Notes: generated from the sequence alone by a model not told the origin. Positions 31,996 through 41,411 are shown, numbered from the stretch's first letter. The stretch is 41,911 nt of DNA from Candidatus Avilachnospira sp. (GCA_045642005.1 JAZUHZ010000251.1:1-41911), one strand, 5' to 3'. Made by a program: numbers and translations.

Positions 31996-32230
31996 TTATT
32001 CCGCATACCGGATCCGGAGATTAACCCGCCGGGCAATCTCCCAGGAGTCGCCGTCCGGCTCCGCTTCCAGAGCATCGATCAGTTCCCGGATCTCTTCTTC
32101 TCCGACAAGGCACCGGGGATGCGGCAGGTCTCCCTCCGTGTCCCATGCCACGGCGATCGAGGTATACTGTCTCCACGTGCTTCGTGGCAATGAGATTGAT
32201 GTCATCGGTATAAGGAAACATATCTACCAA
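31996..32230 (-). pseudogene. Small gene split between two frames (a frameshift, or possibly recoding)
   Basis: An AAGGAG RBS and a TTG/ATG start give MVDMFPYTDDINLIATKHVETVY in one frame (32021-32230). The protein-like C-terminus AVAWDTEGDLPHPRCLVGEEEIRELIDALEAEPDGDSWEIARRVNLRIRYAE is in the overlapping frame (31996-32205). Confidence 0.35.
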
Positions 32231-32296
32231 TTTTTGCTCCTTTCTCTGTTTGCGGAAACATATCCACGAATTGTCTGTTTATAGGAACATATCCAC
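32214..32296. repeat. Three direct copies of GGAA(A)CATATC(C/T)AC (32214-32227, 32254-32267, 32284-32296)
   Basis: Read directly from the sequence. The spacing is 40 and 30 bp, and the first copy covers the start codon region of the split small gene. Confidence 0.55.
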
Positions 32297-32320
32297 CTTC
32301 ATAAGTTGGTCCACATTACT

Positions 32321-32905
32321 TCATTTCATTTCTTCTACTATCTCTTTCATCGTACATAGCTCTGGAGTGTTACAGTCAATCAGACGTTTTACGGTATCGT
32401 CAAAAACAGAAAAGAATCTTTCTATCGAAGCATGGTCATAGCAATCTGCAGAATACTCGATCGTGCATTTATACTGATCCTCCCCGTCATTATCGATGAT
32501 TTCAAATTCGATGATGCTGTCAACTGCCGGATTTTTGACCTCAAGCAGAACAAGGTCGCTGATAAGATCCAATCTGTCGATGTTAAACATGTTTCTCTGA
32601 TAAAGGAACATGAGTGCATCTTCCAGATCCATTCCCACAGCATCGTAAATCAGAACATTGCTGGTACACTTGCCAAAATCCGTCTGTTTTACAATGCCTT
32701 CGCAGTATTCCCGTAATGTTTCCTCATTTTCCGGGCTTGAAAACAACGGAAGCGATTTATACAGCATTCCCGCAGAATTCAATTCATCCGCTGTGTTTCT
32801 TCCGTGGAAGGCCCACTGGAGAAAAGAATTTTTCTGATGATTGTACCGTGCAATTGCCAGCACACAAGCCGTCATGAAGAAATTGTTTCCTCCCATCCCC
32901 GACAT
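32321..32905 (-). pseudogene. Orphan C-terminal half of an NRPS-type condensation domain
   Basis: NNFFMTACVLAIARYN..LQWAFHGRNT..AGMLYKSLPL resembles the region downstream of the HHxxxDG motif (C4-C5). No N-terminal half and no A or T domains are adjacent. Confidence 0.45.
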
Positions 32906-32950
32906 AAACGGATTGGAATAATATTCTTTACCTCAGTCAGATCAAAGAAT

Positions 32951-33523
32951 ATGCCCTCCATGCGGATCTTTGGCATGCAGGACAATCTGCTCGAGAGCAT
33001 TGACGTATCCGAAATGCCCTCCTGCCAGGGAATCGATGCCGGGATGAACCGGCTGAAAACCATCGATGTTTCACACAATCCCGAGCTGGTTGAGCTGTAC
33101 ATCAATGACAACGCATTTACGGAGATCGATCTTTCGCACAACCCGAAACTCAAATATTTCTATTGCCATAACAATCAGATGGGCGAGCTTGATACCCGTT
33201 CCAATCCGCTCCTCAGGCACCTGAATGCCACGGGTAACCCGATGACGTCGATCCGTTCCCTCGCTCCGCAGCATGATGAAGAACTGCCGCTGGAACTGTA
33301 TGCAGATGACGGCGGGTGTGTCGGTCTCAGATTCAATCCGATTTATAATGCCCAGTGGAAAGAGACCGGTGAATGGCAGCAGAGCTATTATGCCTATCCT
33401 GACGAGGGATTTTCCTTTGCTGGATGGTATGAAAACGGAGTCAAAATATCCGAAGATGAAACATGGATCGATGAATACGGCACGAGCCGGATCCTGCAGG
33501 CAGGGTTCAGAAAGAAGATCTGA
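32951..33523 (+). pseudogene. Fragment of a leucine-rich-repeat surface protein with a C-terminal Listeria/Bacteroides-type repeat
   Basis: Five or six LRRs (IDVSHNPELVELYINDNAFTEIDLSHNPKLKYFYCHNNQMGELD..) followed by GFSFAGWYENG. There is no signal peptide or anchor. The nominal ORF 5-prime end (32804-) is antisense to the condensation-domain fragment. Confidence 0.5.
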
Positions 33524-33595
33524 TCAGTGAATGAAAAAGCTGCAAACGAAAATAGAAAATGAACAGTAAAGAAGCTGTTCCGTACCAGGTGATGA

Positions 33596-33952
33596 TCATC
33601 TTCGGTACTCTTTCTCAATCCAGGTCATGAGCAGGTTCACGATCCTCTCCCGCTCGTTCTCCGTCAGCTCTCTTCCCTTCGGAACATGGTACCACTTCTC
33701 GAGGCACCCTCTGCAGCAGCAGGCACAGGCATGCTGCGCCTTAAAGACGGGATGGCCGCGCATGGGAGTCTGTTTTCCGTCGTTTTGGATCTCGGCCGGG
33801 GAAAGACGCTTCCGGATGAAATCCTCCGCATGGCTCCGGATTACCCCAAGCCCTTTTTCATCAATATATCTTCTGTCCTCTTCCGTTAGATGAAACTTCA
33901 TCCGGAAAGGAGACGTCGAAAGCCGGGCAAATGTGGATGCGATCGTACTCAT
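33596..33952 (-). CDS. DUF4186-like protein
   Basis: HPVFKAQHACACCCRGCLEKWYHVPKGRELT matches my recollection of the conserved DUF4186 core. Confidence 0.6.
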   Translation of the reverse strand: MSTIASTFARLSTSPFRMKFHLTEEDRRYIDEKGLGVIRSHAEDFIRKRLSPAEIQNDGKQTPMRGHPVFKAQHACACCCRGCLEKWYHVPKGRELTENERERIVNLLMTWIEKEYRR

Positions 33953-33961
33953 GAGCGCTCT

Positions 33962-34414
33962 TCAGACCAGACTCAGCATTTTCTCCGCGTCCTCTGCGGC
34001 CTTTACCTTATCATTCGCGTAAACGATCATTCCCTGTTCATCGATCAGATAAGTCGTGCGGAGCACGCCCATGGATACCTTTCCGCAGTTTTTCTTTTCT
34101 TTCCAGACATCATAGTCTTTGATCATGGAAAGCTCCGGGTCGGCAAGCAGCGTGATCGTAAGTCCGTACTTTTCTTCGAATTTCTTATGGGATTGCTCGG
34201 TATCCTTGCTGATGCCGAGGACCGTCACACCTTTTTCAAGGAACGCTTCTTTCCGTTCTGAGTATCCGATGGCCTGTTTTGTGCAGCCCGAGGCATTGTC
34301 CTTTGAATAGAAATAAATCAAAAGCTTTTTTCCTCTGAATTCTTCCAGTGTCCGTATCTCCCCGTTCTGATCCAGAAGACGGAAAGCGGGTGCCTTTGTT
34401 CCTGTTTCTAACAT
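33962..34414 (-). CDS. bcp: Thiol peroxidase/peroxiredoxin Bcp
   Basis: KLLIYFYSKDNASGCTKQA peroxidatic-Cys motif, about 150 aa. RBS is GGGAGGG. Confidence 0.85.
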   Translation of the reverse strand: MLETGTKAPAFRLLDQNGEIRTLEEFRGKKLLIYFYSKDNASGCTKQAIGYSERKEAFLEKGVTVLGISKDTEQSHKKFEEKYGLTITLLADPELSMIKDYDVWKEKKNCGKVSMGVLRTTYLIDEQGMIVYANDKVKAAEDAEKMLSLV

Positions 34415-34590
34415 GTTCCCTCCCTGTAGTTCTCTTTTTTTGTCATAACAACAGTACGCTTCCTACTGATATTTATATCACATATAGGGGCCAATTTCCA
34501 TTTGAAAAGGTACATAGAATAGAACTACTGCATATCGGCATTGAATCCAGTGTATTATGTACGCTTTTGATGACAAGCATCGATTCTGCC

Positions 34591-34668
34591 TTGACATCAC
34601 GTTATCCCATAGTATAATTAATTTCGAAAATATCGTTATTCTGATATTTTCGATGTCGAAAATATCGA
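34591..34668 (+). promoter_or_regulatory. Near-consensus promoter (TTGACA, 16 nt, TATAAT) followed by three alternating copies of TCGAAAATATCGA, a likely operator
   Basis: -35 at 34591-34596 and -10 at 34613-34618. Repeats lie at 34624-34635 (+), 34643-34653 (inverted) and 34656-34668 (+), just before the RBS of the AAA/DUF4143 gene. Confidence 0.6.
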
Positions 34669-34681
34669 TTAGTGAGGAATT

Positions 34682-35989
34682 ATGCTGAAAAGAAAAATAG
34701 AGGCACGCCTTCTGGCGTGGAAGAACAGCGAAAAAAAGAAGGTTCTGGTTGTAAGGGGAGCACGTCAGGTCGGAAAGACCTTTGCCATCGAAAAGTTCGG
34801 CCGGGCTTATTATGAAGACTGTCTTTCGATCAATTTCAAAGAGACCGCCAGTGCAAAAGATGTCTTCTCCGGTGATCTCAATGTGGATTCCATGATTATG
34901 GGCCTCCGGTTCCGTTATCCGGATCATATCATCGAACCCGGAAGGACGCTCATCTTCCTGGACGAGATCCAGGAATGCGAGGAAGCCATCACTTCCCTCA
35001 AATTCTGGAAGACCGACGGGCGCTATGATGTAATCGCATCCGGATCCATGCTCGGGATCGATTACAAGCGGGCCAGTTCCTACCCTGTCGGTAGTGTTGA
35101 CTATGAGGACATGTTCGGGCTTGACTTTGAGGAGTTCCTTTGGTCCCAGGGAATCCGTGAGGATATGATCGAAAACCTGAAAAGCATGTTTCTTTCCGTA
35201 TCCAGAGTCCCCGAGGCGGTCCACACGCAGATGATGAAACTCTGGAGGACCTACATAGCCATCGGCGGAATGCCGGAAGTCGTCCAGGAATATGTCGACA
35301 GTCAGGACTTCCGGAACGTGCACCGGGTACAGACTTCCATCCTTACCGGATATCTTTATGACATCGCCCATTACGCACCGGCGGCGGAAAAGATCAAGGC
35401 CGAGAAGTGCTTCCTTTCTCTCGGAAAACAGCTTCTCGATAAAGAAAACCACAAGTTCCAGTATAAGGAAGTCGAAGCAAAGGGAAATGCGGAAAAGTTC
35501 TTTTCAAGCATTGAATGGCTCATGCGCGCCAATATCGCCGCAGAAAGCAGGAACGTCTCTTCGGTCAGTTATGACCTTTCGGATTACGAAGTGGACGGAA
35601 ATTTCAGGATCTATCCGACGGATCTATCACTGCTTCTTGCCATGCGCGACATACACCTGAAGCAGGAGATCATTGAGAATGCGCTTTCAGGAAATACAAA
35701 AGGCGGGATCTTTGAATGCGCGGCCGCGGATGTGCTGATCAAAAAGAAGTACGCGATCCACTTTTATAAAAACGAGACAATAAAAAGAGAACTTGATTTC
35801 CTGATCCAGAAGGACGGGAAGGTCATCCCCCTGGAAGTAAAAAGCGGGAACGGAAAAGCAACTTCACTGAACCAGCTGATGAAGAATAACGAAGCGATTC
35901 CCTACGCATATAAATTTGCGGACGGAAATATGGGAGAAGGAGAAAACCGGATCATCACGGCTCCTCTCTATATGATGATGTTTCTGTAA
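34682..35989 (+). CDS. AAA-family ATPase with a DUF4143-type C-terminal domain
   Basis: Walker A GARQVGKT and Walker B LIFLDEIQ. The overall layout matches the widespread ATPase (AAA_14 + DUF4143) family. Confidence 0.8.
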   Translation: MLKRKIEARLLAWKNSEKKKVLVVRGARQVGKTFAIEKFGRAYYEDCLSINFKETASAKDVFSGDLNVDSMIMGLRFRYPDHIIEPGRTLIFLDEIQECEEAITSLKFWKTDGRYDVIASGSMLGIDYKRASSYPVGSVDYEDMFGLDFEEFLWSQGIREDMIENLKSMFLSVSRVPEAVHTQMMKLWRTYIAIGGMPEVVQEYVDSQDFRNVHRVQTSILTGYLYDIAHYAPAAEKIKAEKCFLSLGKQLLDKENHKFQYKEVEAKGNAEKFFSSIEWLMRANIAAESRNVSSVSYDLSDYEVDGNFRIYPTDLSLLLAMRDIHLKQEIIENALSGNTKGGIFECAAADVLIKKKYAIHFYKNETIKRELDFLIQKDGKVIPLEVKSGNGKATSLNQLMKNNEAIPYAYKFADGNMGEGENRIITAPLYMMMFL

Positions 35990-36255
35990 CTCGTCCTGGA
36001 ATCAGGCCGTTTCCGCGCGGCAGATTGTATTTTTGAGGAGATTAACCATGGAGAAGACTGTCTTTTATACACATGCAGAAAACTGCGAACTCTACTGTGA
36101 GAAAAGGCCGTACTGTTCCATAAAGTTCTGCACGGCTTTCCCAAGCCGGCTCTCTTTGTCGATTTCTTTGTTATGTGCCTCCTTTCGTCACGAAACTGCA
36201 CACCTGGGTTTATGATTTCTTTCTCCATCAAATATGCCGTTTCACTGCCGGTTCG

Positions 36256-36474
36256 TCATCTGCGGCCGTGCTCATGAGCATACTCGTAAATCATGGCAGT
36301 ACAAAGATCGCCGGACCCGTAAATCCTTGAATGGATATAGTCGATGGTTGTGTCCGTATTCGGGTTATATTCCCCAAGATATCTGTGATCAAATCCGTAA
36401 ACGGTCTTATGGCCCATATTCTCAGAGATCTCGCCCATGAAAAGCCCGATACTGTTTCTTACATCCTTAGTCAT
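36256..36474 (-). CDS. Hypothetical 72-aa protein
   Basis: A GGAGG RBS lies 8 nt upstream of the Met at 36474. No family recognised. Confidence 0.45.
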   Translation of the reverse strand: MTKDVRNSIGLFMGEISENMGHKTVYGFDHRYLGEYNPNTDTTIDYIHSRIYGSGDLCTAMIYEYAHEHGRR

Positions 36475-36522
36475 TCTGTATACCTCCAAAATAGAAACGT
36501 AAACTACAGGTACAGTCAGCGA

Positions 36523-36768
36523 TCAGAGGACCGCTTCATTAGCAGGATTATATAGTATCGATTGTACCGAATTCGGGGCATATGGCCGGAAATAGTTGTT
36601 TCTGGTTCCCTGATCCGGCTTTTTCCGGATAACCTGTGACTTGTAGCTGCTGCTTTTAAGTTCAAGCAGGTGCTCAATGGTGTATTCTGTTTTTTTGTTA
36701 CGGAGGTATTCTATCACACCATTTTCGGAAACCTGATTAACTTGCGGCTCATGTGATGTTGAAGTCAA
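36523..36768 (-). CDS. Hypothetical 81-aa protein overlapping the polC stop by 20 nt
   Basis: ORF only. No clear RBS or family. Confidence 0.3.
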   Translation of the reverse strand: MTSTSHEPQVNQVSENGVIEYLRNKKTEYTIEHLLELKSSSYKSQVIRKKPDQGTRNNYFRPYAPNSVQSILYNPANEAVL

Positions 36769-39700
36769 ACAGGCTCATCTGCTCTGTCTCCTGCATTGTA
36801 CCCAGTATGCCGTATTTTTTAAGGAGCGCGACGGTGCTGTCACCGATCTGCGCGAGGTCTTTCAGATGCTCCACGGAGGTGAAACGGCCGTCTGCCTCTC
36901 TGACAGAGGCTGCTGCCTCTTCGATACTCTGCGCGGCTTTCTCCCCGAGCCCCGGGATGCTTGCAAAGGAAGGCATGATCTTTCCGTCCGTGATCAGGAA
37001 CCTTTTTGCCTTCGCCCGGTAGAGATCAATGGGCATGAACGCAAATCCCCTCGCATACATCTCCTGCACGGAGCGCATATCCTTCAGGGTGCCTTTTTCC
37101 TTATCCGTCCGTTTTTCCTTACTGACGAGCTCCCGCATCTTTTTCTCAAGCGTCTCTCTGCCCTGACACATGGTCTCATAGGAGAAGGCATCCGCGCGGA
37201 TGCTGTAATAAGCGGCATAGTACTCCAGCGGGTAATACAGTTTGCAGTACGCGATCCTCCATGCCATCATCACATAGGCGGCCGCATGGGCCTTCGGGAA
37301 CATATACCGGATCTTTTCACAGGATCCGACGTACCATTCCGGAACTCCGTGGGAGAGCATCTCTTCTTTCCACTGCTCCCATTTGTCACATTTTCCCCCG
37401 GCCACCTTTCCTTTCCGCACCGCCTCCATGATCTTGAATGCGGTCTCCGGGGCAAGTCCCTTCTGGATCAGATAGACCATGATGTCGTCACGGCAGCAGA
37501 TGGCATCGGAAATGGTGCAGATGCCGTTCCGGATGAGATCCTGGGCGTTGTCGAGCCATACCGCCGTCCCGTGGCCGAGTCCCGCGATCCGGATCAGGTC
37601 GGAGAATTTCTTCGGGGCTGCCTCGATGAGCATCCCCACCACAAAGTCCGTTCCGAATTCCGGGATCCCGAGGGAGCCGACCCTCCATCCGAACAGATCC
37701 GAAGGCTCGAGCCCCAGAGCTTTTGTCGAGGTAAAGAGCGACATGACCTTTTCATCATGGAGCGGGATCTTTGTCATATCCAGACCCGTCAGGTCTCCGA
37801 GTTCCCGGATCATGGTCGGATCATCATGCCCGAGTTCATCGAGCTTCAGAAGGTTGTGGTCGATGGAGTGGTATTCAAAGTGGGTCGTAACGATCGGCGA
37901 ATTCATATCGTTGGCCGGATGCTGGATGGGCGTGAAGGTATTGATGTCCTCTCCTTTCGGCAGGACCACGATGCCGCCGGGATGCTGTCCGGTGCCTTTC
38001 CGCACGCCGATGCAGCCGGCCATGATCCGCTCGATCTCGCATCTTCGTTTATGAATGCCGCGGTCTTCGAAATAGCCTTTGACCATGCCGTAGGCAGTAT
38101 TTTCATTGACGCCGCTCATCACCCCGGCTTTGAAGGTCTGTCCTTTGCCGAAGATCTCCTCCGTATACTGGTGCGCCCGAAGCTGATATTCCCCGGAAAA
38201 GTTGAGGTCGATATCCGGCTCCTTGCCGCCGCCGAAGCCGAGGAAGGTCTCAAACGGGATGTCAAATCCGTCCCTCACAAGGTCCGCACCGCAGACAGGG
38301 CATTTCCTTTCCGGCATGTCGCAGCCGGATCCGCCTGCATAGGCTTTTACTTCTTCGGAATCAAAGTCCGAATACCGGCAGGAGGGGCAGCGGTAATGCG
38401 GCGCGAGGGAGTTCACCTCCGTGATCCCGGCAAGAAACGCAACAAAGGAGGAACCGACGGACCCTCTGGATCCGACAAGGTACCCGTCTTCTCTTGACTT
38501 CCACACCAGCTTCTGCGCGATAATGTAAAGTACGGCATACCCGTGGCCGATGATGGCATCGAGCTCCACATTCATGCGGTCTTCGACGATCTTCGGGAGC
38601 GTCTCCCCGTACAGTTCATGCGCCCGTTTCTCACAGATCTCCCGGAGGGTCACATCACTGTTTTCAATGACCGGCGGACAGTTGTCGGGACGCACGGGAG
38701 AAATGGCTTCGATCATTCCTGCGATGCGGTTCGGATTCGTGATCACGACCTCCTCCGCCTTTTCTCTGCCAAGGTAGGAAAACTCCTTAAGCATTTCCTC
38801 TGTGGTGCGGAGGAAGAGCGGTGCCTGTTCATCGGCGTCCTCGAAGCCTTTGGAGGACATGATGACGCGGCGGTAGATCTCATCCTCCGGGTTCAGGAAA
38901 TGGACGTCACAGGTGGCGACGACCGGCTTTCCGAGTTCCTCTCCGAGGCGGATCACTTCCCTGTTCAGGTTTTCAAGGTCTGTTTCCGTCTGAATATCCG
39001 GATAGTTTTCCTCATCCCTGATCATGAACCGGTTGTTGCCCACGGGCTGGATTTCGAGATAATCATACATTCCGGCAAGGTTCCGTATTTCCTCCCAGGG
39101 ATCCTTCCGCACGATGGCGCGGAAGATCTCGCCGGCCTCGCAGGCGCTTCCGATGATGATCCCTTCCCGGTATTTTAAGAGCTCCGATTTCGGGATGCGG
39201 GGCCTCCGGGCATAATACTCCAGGTGGGACTTCGAGATCAGACGGTAGAGATTCACCCTTCCCGTCTCGTTCTGAGCCAGAAGGATGATATGATACGTCT
39301 TTTTCTTCTGGATCGCAAGATCCGGCTCACGGTCTTCGATATCATTGACGAGATAGCCTTCTATCCCGTAGATCACTTTGAAGAAATCCTCATACTTTCC
39401 CGGATCCTTTCCGTCTGCCCCGCATTTCTTTTTCCAGGAATTCCAGAGATCCTCCCGCGCATGATTGGCCGCAGGCAGCGCATAGGCCACCCCGTGGTCG
39501 GTGATCGCCACCGCCGGCATGCCCCATTCATACGCGGTCCGCACGATCTCCGCTGCCCCGCTCACGCCGTCCATCTCGCTGGCTTTCGTATGGCAGTGAA
39601 GCTCGACCCGTTTTTTTCCGGACGTATCCTTCCGCTTTTCCCTGAAATCGGGGATCGATGCGATCCCGGATACGCTGGTCACTGCGCGCTCGTTTGCATA

Positions 39701-40339
39701 GGTGTCATAGGTGACCGCGCCCTTAAGCTTTATGAAATTCCCCTCCGCGAGATGCGGGGCCAGGACCTTGGCCTGGTCCTTACTGAGGAAAAGTTTGGCC
39801 GTGACGGTATCCGTAAAGTCGGTCAGAGATACCGAAACGATGAGGCGGTCCTCGCGCTTTAACGCCGTTTCCCCGTAACTGAGGATCTGCCCGCGGATCA
39901 CGACCTCTCCGTCGATCTCCTCGAGCTCTCTTATGGGAATGATCTCTCCGTCAGTGTTCCTTCCGTAGAAAAGGGACGGATCTTTCGGCTTTCTGATATA
40001 GCCGCTGTCCCGGCCGGAAGCAGCCGGAGAAACTGCCCGGTTTTCCGGTTTCCCGCCTCTTTCAGGGTCTGCCCGGTCCGGACCCGCCGGTTCCTGCTGC
40101 CGGGCCCTGCAGAAAATGCTGACCTTCACGGTTTTCGGGGCAAAAAGCTCCCTGGAGAGCTTTTCTTCGAGCTCTCCGATCACTTCCCCGGGAACCGGAT
40201 CCGGTGCCGTCACCGTAATCTTCAGCCGCTGATCCTCCCGGTTGAATACGACTCTTTCCACCGCAAGGTGTGTGGCCGTCTCTTCGAGCGGGCCGGTGAA
40301 ATCCGCGGCAGAAAATACTTCCTTAAAACTGTTTGCCAT
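36749..40339 (-). CDS. polC: PolC-type DNA polymerase III alpha subunit lacking the 3-prime-5-prime exonuclease insertion (1196 aa)
   Basis: OB-fold region, a PHP domain (VELHCHTKASEMDG..AITDHG), a PolC-specific Zn module (HYRCPSCRY..CPVCG), and palm/fingers motifs (GYLVGSRGSVGSSFVA, PDIDLNFSGEYQ, GQHPGGIVV, LGHDDPT). At residues about 331-349 the sequence runs straight from IEGYLVND.. to ..YHIILLAQNETG, the point where canonical PolC carries its ~200-aa DEDD exonuclease domain. Confidence 0.9.
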   Translation of the reverse strand: MANSFKEVFSAADFTGPLEETATHLAVERVVFNREDQRLKITVTAPDPVPGEVIGELEEKLSRELFAPKTVKVSIFCRARQQEPAGPDRADPERGGKPENRAVSPAASGRDSGYIRKPKDPSLFYGRNTDGEIIPIRELEEIDGEVVIRGQILSYGETALKREDRLIVSVSLTDFTDTVTAKLFLSKDQAKVLAPHLAEGNFIKLKGAVTYDTYANERAVTSVSGIASIPDFREKRKDTSGKKRVELHCHTKASEMDGVSGAAEIVRTAYEWGMPAVAITDHGVAYALPAANHAREDLWNSWKKKCGADGKDPGKYEDFFKVIYGIEGYLVNDIEDREPDLAIQKKKTYHIILLAQNETGRVNLYRLISKSHLEYYARRPRIPKSELLKYREGIIIGSACEAGEIFRAIVRKDPWEEIRNLAGMYDYLEIQPVGNNRFMIRDEENYPDIQTETDLENLNREVIRLGEELGKPVVATCDVHFLNPEDEIYRRVIMSSKGFEDADEQAPLFLRTTEEMLKEFSYLGREKAEEVVITNPNRIAGMIEAISPVRPDNCPPVIENSDVTLREICEKRAHELYGETLPKIVEDRMNVELDAIIGHGYAVLYIIAQKLVWKSREDGYLVGSRGSVGSSFVAFLAGITEVNSLAPHYRCPSCRYSDFDSEEVKAYAGGSGCDMPERKCPVCGADLVRDGFDIPFETFLGFGGGKEPDIDLNFSGEYQLRAHQYTEEIFGKGQTFKAGVMSGVNENTAYGMVKGYFEDRGIHKRRCEIERIMAGCIGVRKGTGQHPGGIVVLPKGEDINTFTPIQHPANDMNSPIVTTHFEYHSIDHNLLKLDELGHDDPTMIRELGDLTGLDMTKIPLHDEKVMSLFTSTKALGLEPSDLFGWRVGSLGIPEFGTDFVVGMLIEAAPKKFSDLIRIAGLGHGTAVWLDNAQDLIRNGICTISDAICCRDDIMVYLIQKGLAPETAFKIMEAVRKGKVAGGKCDKWEQWKEEMLSHGVPEWYVGSCEKIRYMFPKAHAAAYVMMAWRIAYCKLYYPLEYYAAYYSIRADAFSYETMCQGRETLEKKMRELVSKEKRTDKEKGTLKDMRSVQEMYARGFAFMPIDLYRAKAKRFLITDGKIMPSFASIPGLGEKAAQSIEEAAASVREADGRFTSVEHLKDLAQIGDSTVALLKKYGILGTMQETEQMSLFDFNIT

Positions 40340-40378
40340 GCCTTTATCTTCCTTTCCTGTCCTTATGAGGACAGAATA

Positions 40379-41332
40379 TCAGATCGTATGTTCCTTTTTT
40401 GTCACATCTGCCACCAGGATCCGGAAAGCGGTTTTTCCGGTTTCCCGGCTTTCCTTGACAACCGCCTCCATGCTGCCTGCGGAAGGGATCAGGAGCCAGC
40501 GGTCAAAGAAGCCGCCCTGGGCATAGAACTCTTCGATCTCCACGGAAAGGACCGGGATCCCTGCTTCTGAAAATGCTTTTTCCCTTTCTGTAAGAGCCTT
40601 ACTTTTTTCACCGCGGTACATAAGAACAGCCGCCTTTTTTCTCAGCTTTATGTACCGGATCTCACTGTCAGTAAAAATGATCCCGTTATCGAACACGGCA
40701 TTGTCATACGGTTCATAAACACCGTCTTCGTAGTTTTCTCCGTGATGCGCTGCGAGAGCGATCTCCGGATCATCCGTCAGAAGGATCCAGTCCCTTTTTG
40801 TCAGCCGGATATCGTTCCACTGCGCTCCCCGGTAATTGCACTGCCAGTCCGGACGTATGGTAAGAATGTACTTCAGGAGTTCTCTCCGGGCGCGGCTTCC
40901 GCAGTTGCGGATCGTAAAGAAGGTCTCCGGGTTAAGTGCCAGAAGATCTCCGACGGTCTCGACCCCGGCGCGCCGCACTGCATTCCAGGTCCGGACCGTA
41001 AGGTCCTCTTGCGTAAGTTTCCGGTCCGGATCCTGTCCGTCTTTCAGGTACATTTTTCCTTTCTCCTTTTCTGATGAAACTGGCCCCGGCGGTTCACAGT
41101 TTCGATGTCCATGTCTTCGGGCGCCCGATGGGGTTTGATTCCGGATTGGCATCCGTTTTTTCCCAGAACTCCCTGATCTGCTTATGTCACGGATGACTCG
41201 TCTGTCGAGTGAATCTCTGTCGAAATGATATTTTTCCAGGATGCTTTGGATCAGGAAATCATCCTCCTCCCCTCTGCTTAAATACATTTTTGTTCCCGCT
41301 TCCTCAAAAAAGAGTTTTCCGGTTTCACACAT
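40379..41332 (-). CDS. Hypothetical protein with an RpoA-alpha-CTD-like helix-hairpin-helix segment. The likely true start is the Met at 41053.
   Basis: LTVRTWNAVRRAGVETVGDLLALNPETFFTIRNCGSRARRELL resembles alpha-CTD. A strong RBS (AAAGGAGAAAGG) precedes the internal Met at 41053. The upstream 93 codons are partly low-complexity. Confidence 0.55.
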   Translation of the reverse strand: MCETGKLFFEEAGTKMYLSRGEEDDFLIQSILEKYHFDRDSLDRRVIRDISRSGSSGKKRMPIRNQTPSGARRHGHRNCEPPGPVSSEKEKGKMYLKDGQDPDRKLTQEDLTVRTWNAVRRAGVETVGDLLALNPETFFTIRNCGSRARRELLKYILTIRPDWQCNYRGAQWNDIRLTKRDWILLTDDPEIALAAHHGENYEDGVYEPYDNAVFDNGIIFTDSEIRYIKLRKKAAVLMYRGEKSKALTEREKAFSEAGIPVLSVEIEEFYAQGGFFDRWLLIPSAGSMEAVVKESRETGKTAFRILVADVTKKEHTI

Positions 41333-41411
41333 AGTCCAATCTCTCCTTTCCCTGCACCGGATATTCTACCGTGCGGCTGTACCGGATCCGGGACATGTCC
41401 CTCTTCATCGT

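Noticed and set aside
35968-36231. Small ORFs 35968-36231 (-) and 36033-36215 (+) between the AAA/DUF4143 gene and the 36256 gene
   Set aside because: The minus-strand ORF overlaps the AAA gene end, is very basic and has no RBS. The plus-strand ORF does have a GAGGAG RBS before an internal Met at 36048 and is Cys-rich. With no recognisable family and mutual overlap, neither could be supported.
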